DNA of 64,000 nt from Patescibacteria group bacterium (GTDB taxonomy: Bacteria; Patescibacteriota; Minisyncoccia; Phycocordibacterales; Phycocordibacteraceae). Under the pieces are notes generated by a model that saw nothing but the letters and a program-made list of their open reading frames with translations, had not been told where the DNA came from and did no database searches. Position 1 is the stretch's first letter; every line of letters begins with the position of its first letter. Shown here piece after piece: positions 1 through 9,563 of the stretch. Location: the NCBI GenBank assembly GCA_030837225.1, contig JAUPKX010000011.1, forward strand, positions 118-64,117, given 5' to 3'. A program made the position numbers and the translations under genes.

Positions 1-41
1 TTCTCCTGTAAAGAACGAGCTTCTGCTCCAAAAGACGAAAA

Positions 42-70
42 CCTCGGCTTCCGCAGAGCCGAGGTTTTTC
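42..70 (+). terminator. Rho-independent terminator-like hairpin (CCTCGGCTTCCGCAGAGCCGAGG + TTTTTC)
   Basis: Perfect GC-rich stem-loop followed by T-tract, read directly from sequence. Confidence 0.5.
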
Positions 71-288
71 TTTACGAGAAGGTGGGGAAAGAAGAATCGC
101 GGCTATGCATAAGCAACAGAAAAGGCGAGGTCGGTGACCTTCGACATAATCTGCTTTGCATTGCCGCGGTTGTTCGTCATATGTAAATAATAGCTATTAC
201 TTTGTTTTTGTCAATCTTGGCCGCACGCACAAAAGAGGTGTCTACGTAGTGACAAAAGCCTATTTATGTAGTAGAACCTAAAAGGACC

Positions 289-1035
289 GTGCATTTTGCT
301 ATGTCCTTAAAGCAATGGAGAACCGTCATGGGCGGCATGAATCACCAACCCTGCAATCGTCAGGGAACACGCTATCTGAGTCTGTCGACGCAGATGTCAC
401 GGGCACTGAGCGGCGCTCGGCGCGATTTCGAAGCGGCGAATGTCCTTCTTGAGGACGTCATTCTTTCCGAAATCGATACCGGCACCCCCGCTCCGGCTTC
501 GTATCGTGAGTGTCTGTCGACTCTCGAGACAGTGCTCGTCGGACTCGACCTGACAGTCGACCTGACCAGGCAGCTCGAGACCGAGATGAAGACAAAGGGC
601 TACGCGCCCCTTCCGGCGTTCGTGCTGCTGAACGACGTCACGATTCGTGATTTCGGCGCCGAGATGGCCAATGCTGGCCTTCTCCGCATTGATGCGTTCG
701 CCGAAGTGGCCCTGCCTCAGCTCACTGAGCACGGTTTCTACGGCGCGCTGCGGGTTATCCGCGAAGACATCACGGCTCTCCGCACCGTGGTCGATGAACT
801 GAAGACCGAGATGTCGGCCGCGATCCGCTCTGCGGAAGCCGGCAATATCGCCGATATCCTGGAAACCAATTCTGCACAGAATTTTCGGATTCGTTTCCTG
901 CAGACCTATGTTTCCTGGAATCGCAGCTACGACCTGTTCCTGGCTTCGGCGTCCTTCTCGACCGAACTCTGGTACCGTTCGATGGGCCACGGCTCGATGC
1001 TGGGCACTGGCGGCGAACTCCAGGCGACCGCCTGA
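289..1035 (+). CDS. hypothetical protein (GC-rich, about 60% GC, above local background)
   Basis: 248-aa ORF, no recognisable motifs; followed by hairpin terminator; start codon uncertain. Confidence 0.4.
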   Translation: MHFAMSLKQWRTVMGGMNHQPCNRQGTRYLSLSTQMSRALSGARRDFEAANVLLEDVILSEIDTGTPAPASYRECLSTLETVLVGLDLTVDLTRQLETEMKTKGYAPLPAFVLLNDVTIRDFGAEMANAGLLRIDAFAEVALPQLTEHGFYGALRVIREDITALRTVVDELKTEMSAAIRSAEAGNIADILETNSAQNFRIRFLQTYVSWNRSYDLFLASASFSTELWYRSMGHGSMLGTGGELQATA

Positions 1036-1042
1036 AAAATAC

Positions 1043-1078
1043 CGGACCCGCGCTTGCGCGGGTCCGAACTATTTTGTA
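1043..1078 (+). terminator. Hairpin terminator CGGACCCGCGC-TTGC-GCGCGGGTCCG + AACTATTTTG
   Basis: Inverted repeat immediately after stop of 289..1035 ORF. Confidence 0.5.
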
Positions 1079-1093
1079 GTAAAATACACGTAT

Positions 1094-1558
1094 ATGAATG
1101 ACAATCTTTTGAAAATCGCATTGGAGATCTTAAAAGATGAAGCGTCAGGCGACACGAAGGCTGCAGCCGAAAAAATGCATCTTGATGACTACTCGATGAC
1201 ATGGATGTATCGATCAAAGAGTGATCTCTTTCCTTCAGTTAGTGGGGACGTCGTCCGTGAGTCGATGGATGACGTATATACCATCAAGGGAAGGGTATAT
1301 GAAATCATCAACCATGCTCAAGGGGATGACGTAGTCTTTATAGAAATGATCGAAAGCTACCCAGATGAAAAGAGCGGGAAAGAGTTTAGGACACCAATAA
1401 CACTCGTACTTAAATTCAAGGACGGAAAGATAATTACAGGCAGACACTATACTGATCCGCAGCTTTCCTACGAATATCTTTCAAAAGAAACAATATATAG
1501 CGCTCTTAAGCAGAGGCCAATGTTTAGTATCGATATGAACGGAACGCGGGATTCGTAA
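1094..1558 (+). CDS. hypothetical protein, NTF2/SnoaL-like fold suspected (AT-rich gene)
   Basis: 154-aa ORF from internal ATG of track ORF 908..1558 (MNDNLLKIALEIL...); compositionally AT-rich relative to neighbours. Confidence 0.45.
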   Translation: MNDNLLKIALEILKDEASGDTKAAAEKMHLDDYSMTWMYRSKSDLFPSVSGDVVRESMDDVYTIKGRVYEIINHAQGDDVVFIEMIESYPDEKSGKEFRTPITLVLKFKDGKIITGRHYTDPQLSYEYLSKETIYSALKQRPMFSIDMNGTRDS

Positions 1559-1688
1559 TTTGTTCATGTTCACAAATCTTAGACTTAAGAAGGCGGCTAT
1601 CCAATACGGAGCTGGTTATTCAATATAGAAAACCTTGGCGATAAGTTTAGGTCTAAAGTGCAACACCCTACTATGTTATATTTTTGCA

Positions 1689-2939
1689 ATGAACCTAACA
1701 GAGGAACTCGAAGCACGCGGGCTAATTGAGCATGTCTCAGCACCAATAGAAACTATCCTTAAAGAGAAGAGGACGGTATATCTTGGCGTTGATCCTTCGG
1801 CTGACTCCATGCACGCCGGGAACCTTCTCGTTGTGCTTATGATGAAGCGCCTCGCGCTTGCAGGACATAAGATCATGCTCCTTGTAGGTGGAGGGACCGG
1901 CATGATTGGAGACCCTCGCGAGAGCGGGGAGCGCGTACTTTCTGATAGGAAGGTAGTAGAAAAGAATAAGAAGGCTCTGAAGGCACAGATGCAGCGAATC
2001 GTTGGAGCGAATGTGACAGTGGTTGATAACGCAGACTGGCTCATGAAGGTGCATCTCATCGACTTCCTCAGAGACATCGGTAAGCACTTCACCGTGAACG
2101 AGCTTGTGAAGCGCGACATCATAAAGCGTAGACTCGAGAACCCAGATGACAGTATTTCCTATACCGAGTTCGCGTACTCGCTTCTCCAGGGCTATGACTA
2201 TCTCGTTCTGAACAAGGAGAAGGGAGTTGATCTCCAAGTGGGGGCATCTGACCAGTGGACCAATATCCTCTCCGGCGTTGAACTTATCCGCCGAAAGGAA
2301 GGGAAGACCGCATATGCCCTCTGTACGCCGCTCGTAACAGACTCAACAGGAAAGAAGTTCGGAAAGTCCGAAGGGAACGCTATCTGGCTCGATGCCGAGA
2401 AGACCTCGCCGTATGCTTTCTATCAGTTTTGGCTCAACCAACCAGACGATGTGGTTGGGAAGTATCTTAAAATGTTCACATTCTTAGATATTTCTGAGAT
2501 CGATACTCTTCTTGATTGGCACAAGGACAACGCACAGTCACGAAAGGCCCAGAGAACGCTTGCACACGCCGTTACAGAGCTCGTACACGGCACCAAGGCA
2601 GCCGACGCAGCAGCATCTGCTTCTAGCGCCCTCTTTGGCGAGATAGCACTCTCAGAGCTTGATCCAGGAGCGCGATCCGTGGTTCTTAAGGAAGCACCTT
2701 CACTCTCTGTACTTAAGAAGGATATTGCACAGGGTCTTACAGTCCTTGATGTCCTCGCCACGAGTCCCCTCAGCTCCTCTAAGGGCGATGCTCGCCGGCT
2801 TATCGACGGCAAGGGTGTGAGCCTGAATGGCATGGTTATTGATTCCGCAGATCAGAAGCTTGTTGAGGCCGACTTCTTGACGGGCTTGGCACTTCTTAAG
2901 AAGGGGAAGCGGGATGTAGTTATTCTTATCCTCAAATAG
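1689..2939 (+). CDS. tyrS: tyrosyl-tRNA synthetase
   Basis: Class I aaRS; N-terminus MNLTEELEARGLIEHV typical of TyrRS, HIGH-like HAGN, KMSKS-like KFGKS, C-terminal S4-like domain; start moved to internal Met of ORF 1635..2939. Confidence 0.9.
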   Translation: MNLTEELEARGLIEHVSAPIETILKEKRTVYLGVDPSADSMHAGNLLVVLMMKRLALAGHKIMLLVGGGTGMIGDPRESGERVLSDRKVVEKNKKALKAQMQRIVGANVTVVDNADWLMKVHLIDFLRDIGKHFTVNELVKRDIIKRRLENPDDSISYTEFAYSLLQGYDYLVLNKEKGVDLQVGASDQWTNILSGVELIRRKEGKTAYALCTPLVTDSTGKKFGKSEGNAIWLDAEKTSPYAFYQFWLNQPDDVVGKYLKMFTFLDISEIDTLLDWHKDNAQSRKAQRTLAHAVTELVHGTKAADAAASASSALFGEIALSELDPGARSVVLKEAPSLSVLKKDIAQGLTVLDVLATSPLSSSKGDARRLIDGKGVSLNGMVIDSADQKLVEADFLTGLALLKKGKRDVVILILK

Positions 2940-2988
2940 TACACAACTTTTATAGTGCCCTGTCTTCTACAGGTGCCATACTTTCTGT

Positions 2989-3783
2989 ATGGCCAGAAGA
3001 TGGAATTCAAGAGAAGAGAATTTCTATAGGGAAGAGCTTCTCGAGTTATATATACGCAAGAACAGGACCATAGGAGAGATAGCACTACTGCTTCTTGTGT
3101 CCGAAAAGACAGTCTTCCAGAGGCTAGGACGTCTTGGCATACCCACGTGTCCTGAACGGAAGGACAATTATCTAAGAAAACGTAAGGACATACGGATTCC
3201 TAGTGAGCGCTCGGAAGATCTAGCTGAGTTCTTTGGCATCATGCTCGGCGACGGGCACGTGGCACATTTCCAAACAATGGTAACTCTTGGAACCAAGGAG
3301 TATGAATATGTGTGCTACGTGCAGTTTCTAATGACCAAGTTGTTTAACGCTCCCGCAACAGTACATCTTGATAAGTCCGGATATCATACAGTCTACATAG
3401 GTTCGAGAGAGCTGACTCAGTGGCTATACTCAGAAGGACTAGTGCCGAACAAGGTAGCGGCGCAGGTCGATGTTCCAGGATGGGTATTCGAAAAAGAAGC
3501 ATATATGCGACTCTTCCTGAGAGGATTCTTCGACACAGATGGCTCAGTATACAAACTTCGCTTTGGGGTACAGATATCATTCACAAATAAATCGATACCT
3601 CTACTCATTGCTTTACAGTCTATGCTACGGAGGTTAGGATATCGTGTATCCGAGCTTAGTGCATATCGTATATACATTACAAGACGGGACAATGTGGAGA
3701 GGTTTTTCGCTGAGGTCCAGCCAATGAATACGAAGCACCAGGATCGGTATGAGTACTTGACGCGTCGGTATCCAAGTGGTTAA
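2989..3783 (+). CDS. LAGLIDADG-family homing endonuclease-like protein with N-terminal HTH
   Basis: Two LAGLIDADG-type motifs (FFGIMLGDGHV and FLRGFFDTDGSVY), N-terminal HTH-like segment TIGEIALLLLVSEKTVFQRLGRLGI; 3' end overlaps tRNA-Tyr by about 22 nt. Confidence 0.7.
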   Translation: MARRWNSREENFYREELLELYIRKNRTIGEIALLLLVSEKTVFQRLGRLGIPTCPERKDNYLRKRKDIRIPSERSEDLAEFFGIMLGDGHVAHFQTMVTLGTKEYEYVCYVQFLMTKLFNAPATVHLDKSGYHTVYIGSRELTQWLYSEGLVPNKVAAQVDVPGWVFEKEAYMRLFLRGFFDTDGSVYKLRFGVQISFTNKSIPLLIALQSMLRRLGYRVSELSAYRIYITRRDNVERFFAEVQPMNTKHQDRYEYLTRRYPSG

Positions 3784-3848
3784 AGGATGATGGCTGTAAA
3801 CCATCCCGCTATATGCGTTCGTAGGTTCAAATCCTACCCGGCGCACCA
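3762..3848 (+). tRNA. tRNA-Tyr (anticodon GTA), class II long variable arm, CCA encoded
   Basis: Hand-folded: acceptor GCGTCGG/CCGGCGC (one G-U), 3-bp D-stem with AGTGGTTAAA loop, anticodon stem GATGG/CCATC loop CTGTAAA, 15-nt variable arm, T-arm GTAGG-TTCAAAT-CCTAC, discriminator A + CCA. Confidence 0.85.
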
Positions 3849-3852
3849 TCGA

Positions 3853-3878
3853 AAAGGCCTCCCTGGAGGCCTTTTCGT
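3853..3878 (+). terminator. Terminator hairpin AAGGCCTCCCTGGAGGCCTT + TTCGTGT
   Basis: Perfect palindrome directly after tRNA-Tyr. Confidence 0.55.
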
Positions 3879-3905
3879 GTCTTCTGGGCGTGGTATCGTA
3901 GCGGT

Positions 3906-4862
3906 ATGGAAACAGACAAGCCTATTCTCCTCTCTGGTATCAAGCCAACCGGAGCTGCGCATATTGGAAACTATTTCGGTGCGATAAAGCAATGGAAGGA
4001 GTTTCAGACCATAGGCTCACATCAGTGCTATTTCATGATCGCGGACTACCATGCACTCAATTTCGTGCAGAGCGCAGGCGATATGCGGGACCTTACGCAT
4101 GATCTCGTTCTCACGTATCTTGCTGCAGGCATCAATCCTGAGAAGGTAGTGCTGTTTAAGCAGTCTGATGTACCAGCGCACACTGAGCTTGCGTGGATTT
4201 TCGACACCATCACCACGATGCCGTACCTCGAACGTGCACACGCATACAAGGATGCGGAGGCTAAGGGCAAGGAAGTATCCGTAGGTACCTTCAACTATCC
4301 GATGCTTATGGCAGCCGACATTCTCCTCTACAACACGGCCAAAGTACCCGTTGGGCACGATCAAAAGCAGCATATCGAGTACGCACGCGACACGGCAGAG
4401 AAGTTCAATCGCATCTATGGCGACACGTTCACTCTTCCTGAGGAGTTCATCGTTCCTGATGTAGCGACGGTGCCGGGTGTTGATGGACGAAAGATGAGCA
4501 AGAGCTACAACAATACGATCCCACTCTTCTCAACTCGTCATGAGATTGAAGAGCTCGTTATGAGCATTGTTACGGACTCGTCAGGAGACCGACCAGAGAA
4601 CGTCTATGCCATCCACAGGCTTCTTAAGACCGAACGGGAGCTCGATGCCGTCTACGACGAGCACCAAGGCCGCTACAAAGCACTCAAGGAAGCTCTTGTA
4701 GAAGATCTCGATGCTTTCATTAAGCCAATGCGTGAGAAGTATCACGAGCTAGCATCTGACCCTCGTACCGTAGCGGACATACTCGAGAAAGGCGGGCAAC
4801 TTGCTCGAGAGCGTGCGAACGCGAAGATTGAGGAGGTGCGGCGAGCTGTGGGAGTCTCCTAG
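3906..4862 (+). CDS. trpS: tryptophanyl-tRNA synthetase
   Basis: HIGH region TGAAHIGN, KMSKS motif RKMSKS, size 318 aa. Confidence 0.9.
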   Translation: METDKPILLSGIKPTGAAHIGNYFGAIKQWKEFQTIGSHQCYFMIADYHALNFVQSAGDMRDLTHDLVLTYLAAGINPEKVVLFKQSDVPAHTELAWIFDTITTMPYLERAHAYKDAEAKGKEVSVGTFNYPMLMAADILLYNTAKVPVGHDQKQHIEYARDTAEKFNRIYGDTFTLPEEFIVPDVATVPGVDGRKMSKSYNNTIPLFSTRHEIEELVMSIVTDSSGDRPENVYAIHRLLKTERELDAVYDEHQGRYKALKEALVEDLDAFIKPMREKYHELASDPRTVADILEKGGQLARERANAKIEEVRRAVGVS

Positions 4863-4926
4863 ATACAATTATTTGTACGAACTACGGCCGCGCATTTCAT
4901 GCGTGGCCGTGGTATTTTAGGCCTAT

Positions 4927-6276
4927 ATGCAGGACCGCACGATGATAGGGGAACTTGCCAAAAAGGCAGGGGAATCGGTAACAATTAAGGGATGGGTAGA
5001 CGTTAGGCGCGATCAAGGAAAGCTCGTTTTCTTCGACTTCCGTGACATGTCAGGAACCGTCCAGGGCGTTGTCCTTCCTGGAGACGAGTCTCTTATGGAG
5101 ACAGCAAAGAGTGTACGCAACGAATTCGTTGTTTCTATAGAAGGAATCGTTAACAAACGTCCTGAGAAGAACGTGCAAGAAGGAAAGGTGAACGGAGACA
5201 TCGAGCTTGAGATCAAGGGCATTGAGATTCTCGCCGAAACCAAGGATATTCCTTTCGAGCTTGATGCTGAACTTAATCTTGATACCTACCTCGATTATCT
5301 TCCCTATACACTCCGCAGCAAGCGCGCACGCGCGATATTCAAGGTTCAAGCTGAGATAGTACGCGCATACCGCGCATACTTGAACAGCGAAGGATTTACC
5401 GAATTCCAGGCTCCCAAGCTTATCGGCGACGATGCTGAAGGAAGCGGCGAAGTATTCGAAGTACCGTACTTCTACGGAAAGACTGCGCACCTTGCTACCT
5501 CACCACAGCTCTACAAGCAGATTATGGTTGGTGCGCTTGAGCGCGTCTTCTCAATAGGTATCGTATTCCGTGCCGAGAAACACAGCACAACACGCCATCT
5601 CAACGAATACACTTCGATGGATGTCGAGATGGGGTTCATAAAGGACCACACTGACGTAATGGAAGTAGAGACGAAGCTCTTAGCGTTTATCGCTGACCAC
5701 CTAAAAGAGACCTGTGCAGCAGAGTTCACCCTTCTTAACGCTGAAGTCCCAGCGGTGCCCACCACTATTCCTCGCATGAAGCTTCGCGAAGCTCAGGCGC
5801 TTATATTCAATGAAACTGGCAAGGATAGCCGTGAGGAGCCTGATCTTGAACCAGCAGACGAGCGATGGTTGTGTGAGTGGGCCAAGAAGGAGCATGGTTC
5901 CGATTTCGTATTCGTTACGCACTATCCAGTCTCAAAGCGTCCGATGTACACCTACGAGGATCCGAATGACCTCGGCTTCACTAATGGATTCGACCTCTTG
6001 TTCCGTGGCGTTGAGATTACAACCGGCGGACAACGCAGGCACGACTACCAGAACCTTGTTGATGGCATCAAGATGAAAGGTCTTGATCCTGAGAAATTCT
6101 CGTATTACCTACAGGCCTTCAAGTACGGCATCCCGCCGCACGGGGGTTGGGGCATGGGACTTGAGCGTCTTACTGCCAAATTCCTGAACCTTCCTAATCT
6201 AAAAGAAGCGACTCTCTTCCCGCGCGACATCAATCGCATCGACACTCGTCTCTCAGAGACACAACCAGAGGAATAA
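4927..6276 (+). CDS. aspS: class IIb aminoacyl-tRNA synthetase, archaeal-type aspartyl- (or asparaginyl-) tRNA synthetase
   Basis: N-terminal OB anticodon-binding domain, motif 2 FRAE, motif 3 GGWGMGLERL, C-terminal LFPRD; about 440 aa short form. Confidence 0.8.
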   Translation: MQDRTMIGELAKKAGESVTIKGWVDVRRDQGKLVFFDFRDMSGTVQGVVLPGDESLMETAKSVRNEFVVSIEGIVNKRPEKNVQEGKVNGDIELEIKGIEILAETKDIPFELDAELNLDTYLDYLPYTLRSKRARAIFKVQAEIVRAYRAYLNSEGFTEFQAPKLIGDDAEGSGEVFEVPYFYGKTAHLATSPQLYKQIMVGALERVFSIGIVFRAEKHSTTRHLNEYTSMDVEMGFIKDHTDVMEVETKLLAFIADHLKETCAAEFTLLNAEVPAVPTTIPRMKLREAQALIFNETGKDSREEPDLEPADERWLCEWAKKEHGSDFVFVTHYPVSKRPMYTYEDPNDLGFTNGFDLLFRGVEITTGGQRRHDYQNLVDGIKMKGLDPEKFSYYLQAFKYGIPPHGGWGMGLERLTAKFLNLPNLKEATLFPRDINRIDTRLSETQPEE

Positions 6277-6281
6277 GACCT

Positions 6282-7700
6282 ATGAAGATAACCTTCGCGA
6301 AGACAGCCATAGACTCTGCACCGAAGGGATATCTTCGCGTCCGCTTTACAGAAGAACCTAGAGGAACGAAACGATTCGTTCGTGAGGACGGTACTGAATG
6401 GCTTGAACTTGGCGTTGGCAAGGCGAAGGATCTAACCAACCGCAAGTACACCATCCTTATCCGAAGCATAGTGCAAGCGGCAAAGCAGCAGAGTGCACGA
6501 AAGATTGCGGTCTCCTTTAAAGCGACACCAACGCTTTGGGAGAACGTCTCCTTTGCATCTGAAGAACGAGGTGCACAATTGTTCGCTGAGAGTGTGGTTA
6601 TGGCGAATTTTGAGTTCCGCTCCTTCAAGACTAAACCAAAAGAAGGGTGGAAGGATGTTGAGGAAATTCTCATATGCGACCCAGCAACACCTGCCATGCG
6701 AGCCGGCATCAAGAAGGGACTCATCATTGGCGAAGCGGTGAACGCAACCAGGGAACTTTCTAACACTCCAGGAGGCTCTATGACCCCTAAGGGGCTCGCC
6801 AAGGCCGCAAAAGCAGCCGTAGCAGGTCTTCCGGTAACAGTTCAGACCTTGGATCGTGCTGCGCTTAAAAAACTCGGCATGGGACTCCTAGCAGGTGTGG
6901 GTGCTGGCTCCTCTGACGAACCGACCTTCACCATTATGACGTACAAGGGCGGCAAGCCTACAGACAAGCCAATTGTGCTTGCCGGAAAGGGCATAACCTT
7001 TGATTCGGGAGGTCTCAACATCAAACCGTCTAGCAGTATCTATGAGATGCATCTTGATATGTCTGGTGCAGCGAGTGTTATTCATGCGGTGGCACTAGCG
7101 GCAGAGCTCAAGCTCAAGAAGAACGTCATTGCGCTGGTACCGGCTGCCGAGAACATGCTCGGGAACGGCGCAACTCGCCCAGGAGATATTCTTACGTCTC
7201 TTTCAGGAAAGACTGTAGAGGTAACCGATACGGATGCAGAAGGAAGGCTCGTACTTGCCGACGCTATTACGTACGCAAAGCGCTTTAAGCCTGGAGTTGT
7301 TGTGGATGTCGCAACCTTAACCGGTGCCGCTATGGTGGCACTTGGTTTCCACGCATCGGGTCTCATGACACGTGACGATACGCTCGCTGATCAATTACTC
7401 AATCTCGGAGAGGAGTCTGGAGATTATGTATGGCGCCTCCCTCTTTGGGACGAGTACGAGACAGTTATCAAGAGTGATTTTGCAGATATGCAGAATCATT
7501 CGATTGGGGGCGGCAGGTATGGTGGCGCTACAAACGGTGCAATATTCTTGTGGCAGTTTGCAAAAGAACTCGGGTGTCCTTGGGCACACCTCGATATCGC
7601 TCCCCGGATGACCGCAGCGCGTGGCGAGGAGCTCGCAAAGGGTGCTGCAGGAGCTCCTGTGCGGCTTCTCATAGCCTTTATAGAGTCATGGAAAGCATAA
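6282..7700 (+). CDS. pepA: leucyl aminopeptidase (M17 family)
   Basis: NTDAEGRL signature (VTDTDAEGRLVLADA), size 472 aa. Confidence 0.85.
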   Translation: MKITFAKTAIDSAPKGYLRVRFTEEPRGTKRFVREDGTEWLELGVGKAKDLTNRKYTILIRSIVQAAKQQSARKIAVSFKATPTLWENVSFASEERGAQLFAESVVMANFEFRSFKTKPKEGWKDVEEILICDPATPAMRAGIKKGLIIGEAVNATRELSNTPGGSMTPKGLAKAAKAAVAGLPVTVQTLDRAALKKLGMGLLAGVGAGSSDEPTFTIMTYKGGKPTDKPIVLAGKGITFDSGGLNIKPSSSIYEMHLDMSGAASVIHAVALAAELKLKKNVIALVPAAENMLGNGATRPGDILTSLSGKTVEVTDTDAEGRLVLADAITYAKRFKPGVVVDVATLTGAAMVALGFHASGLMTRDDTLADQLLNLGEESGDYVWRLPLWDEYETVIKSDFADMQNHSIGGGRYGGATNGAIFLWQFAKELGCPWAHLDIAPRMTAARGEELAKGAAGAPVRLLIAFIESWKA

Positions 7701-8428
7701 CGGAGTACACCGGGTTCACGATTCGTACTGGCTCGTTTGAAGGCCCGTACGATCTCATCCTTGATCTCATCGACAAGCGCAAGCTTTCGGTTAACGAGCT
7801 GTCGCTCACACAGGTGACCGATGACTACATCGCGTTCGTTCGCGGACACGAAGCGTTCCCCATGGAAGAGGCAGCGCAGTTCATTGGTGTGGCCGCAACA
7901 CTTCTTCTCATAAAGTCGAAGTCACTCATTCCAGAGCTCGAGCTCTCTATGGAAGAGGAGGAAGATGTCGACGACCTTAAGAGGAGACTCTCCATGTACG
8001 AGAAGGTCCGTGAGGCACGCGCGGAACTTGCGCGTATATATGGAAGGAATGTCATGGTTTCAGCAGGAGAGCGTGCGCCAACGCCTATGTTTGCGCCTGC
8101 ACGTGACCTCACACTTCAGAATCTTTCTGGAGCGCTCGCTAATGCACTCGCAACACTAGAGAAAGCGGAGGAGAAGCTTCCAGAAGCGAGAGTGCGTCCA
8201 CTCGTTACCATCGAGGAGATGATGGATACGCTTCTCTCGCGTGTACAGCGTGCCATGACGCTCTCCTTCAAAGAGTTCTCGGCCGGGAGTGCAGAAAAGG
8301 TTGAGGTTATCGTCTCGTTCCTGGCGCTTCTTGAGCTTGTTAAGCAAGGCGCGGTTGAAGCAGCACAGCACGATCCGTTTACAGACATCAGGATTACGAA
8401 TACTTCTGCGGGAGTGCCGAGATATTAA
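7688..8428 (+). CDS. scpA: segregation and condensation protein A
   Basis: N-terminus FEGPYDLILDLIDKRKL matches ScpA kleisin; start set at ATG 7688 inside track ORF 7550..8428. Confidence 0.75.
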   Translation: MESITEYTGFTIRTGSFEGPYDLILDLIDKRKLSVNELSLTQVTDDYIAFVRGHEAFPMEEAAQFIGVAATLLLIKSKSLIPELELSMEEEEDVDDLKRRLSMYEKVREARAELARIYGRNVMVSAGERAPTPMFAPARDLTLQNLSGALANALATLEKAEEKLPEARVRPLVTIEEMMDTLLSRVQRAMTLSFKEFSAGSAEKVEVIVSFLALLELVKQGAVEAAQHDPFTDIRITNTSAGVPRY

Positions 8429-8431
8429 TTT

Positions 8432-8707
8432 ATGAAAAGAATAGAGAAGAAAATACTGCCGGAATATTTTCAAGCTGTCTTAGATGGTAGGAAGACCTAC
8501 GAGCTACGCTTAAACGATTTTGATATACAAGAAGGAGATACGCTAGTACTTAAGGAGTGGAGTAAGGAGGAAGAGAGATACACAGGAAGAGAAGTTGAGA
8601 AGATCGTGGGATTTGTCGGACAATGGAAGCTTAAAGAACTCGAGGATTTTTGGGCGAAGGAAGATATAGAAAAGTTTGGCTTGCAGGTTATCTCACTAAA
8701 AGACTAG
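8432..8707 (+). CDS. small ASCH/PUA-like domain protein (hypothetical)
   Basis: 91-aa AT-rich ORF, weak resemblance to ASCH domain; inserted between scpA and scpB. Confidence 0.45.
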   Translation: MKRIEKKILPEYFQAVLDGRKTYELRLNDFDIQEGDTLVLKEWSKEEERYTGREVEKIVGFVGQWKLKELEDFWAKEDIEKFGLQVISLKD

Positions 8708-8709
8708 CG

Positions 8710-9480
8710 TTAGTACAGAACGATAAAGAAGAAGGCAATCGCAAGCACGATGCGATAGATACCAAACGGGATGAAGGTATAGCGACGCACAATCTGCAAC
8801 AAGAAGCGCATTGAAAGAAGTCCTACAACAAAGGCCGTACCGAAGCCTAAAGCGAGGAGACCGAAGTCATCGGTTGCAAACGTATCCGCTGATTTAAGAA
8901 GATCGTAGCCCGTTGCTGCCATCATCGTTGGCACCGCAAGAAGGAACGAGAACTCTACGATAGCTACTCTGCGCATGCCGGCAACAAGACCTCCTATGAT
9001 AGTTGCAGCAGACCGGGACACACCCGGGATAATCGCAATCGATTGAAAGAGGCCAACAAGAAGTGCCTGGCGGTACGTTATTTCCTTAGCTCCTTCAAGA
9101 GAGTCCGGGCGTTCCTTGTGTATGAGCTCGAAGAGAATGAGCACGATGCCGCCGATAAAGAGGGAACTAACCACGACCATGGAATTCCCGAGCAAGAACC
9201 CTTTTACATACGGGTAGACCAGGAATCCAACGAGTCCTGTTGGAAGAAACGCAACAAACAGCTTTTTAAGGAAGTTGAGATCAAGAAAAGACTTCCAGTA
9301 CAGAAACACAACGGCCGCAATGGCACCGAGTTGTATCGCGATCTGGAATGAGGACAGGAATGCACTCGGGGGTATGTTGAGGAGCTCACTTACAAGTATG
9401 AGATGGCCCGTAGAGGAGATCGGGAGGAACTCCGTGATGCCTTCGACAATGCCAAGGATGATGCTATCGATTGGTGTCAT
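8710..9480 (-). CDS. uppP: undecaprenyl-diphosphatase
   Basis: Motifs LPISSTGHL and GVSRSAATI; start placed at internal Met (MTPIDSIILGIVEGITEFLPISSTGHL) of track ORF 8710..9522. Confidence 0.8.
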   Translation of the reverse strand: MTPIDSIILGIVEGITEFLPISSTGHLILVSELLNIPPSAFLSSFQIAIQLGAIAAVVFLYWKSFLDLNFLKKLFVAFLPTGLVGFLVYPYVKGFLLGNSMVVVSSLFIGGIVLILFELIHKERPDSLEGAKEITYRQALLVGLFQSIAIIPGVSRSAATIIGGLVAGMRRVAIVEFSFLLAVPTMMAATGYDLLKSADTFATDDFGLLALGFGTAFVVGLLSMRFLLQIVRRYTFIPFGIYRIVLAIAFFFIVLY

Positions 9481-9563
9481 GATGGAAAAAGTATACCAGG
9501 GCTTTCTCGTCCCCAGTCGCAAAGGGTTGCCGTACCCGCGTTTGACGGTATTCTTTAGGGACT

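Noticed and set aside
1559-1688. T-box riboswitch leader upstream of tyrS
   Set aside because: Spacer is only about 130 nt and lacks the conserved T-box sequence (AANNNGGGTGGNACCGCG) or a specifier/antiterminator arrangement
1676-2833. Long antisense ORFs overlapping tyrS, aspS, P-type ATPase (e.g. 42879..43757, 43803..44666), ftsI, etc.
   Set aside because: They lie entirely opposite well-supported conserved genes and have low-complexity Ser/Ala/Arg-rich translations, typical spurious antisense frames
2940-3850. Homing endonuclease as ORF of a group I intron splitting tRNA-Tyr
   Set aside because: The tRNA-Tyr folds as one continuous 87-nt molecule (acceptor, D-arm, anticodon arm, long variable arm, T-arm all contiguous). 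The HE ORF merely overlaps its 5' end, and no intron core elements are seen by eye
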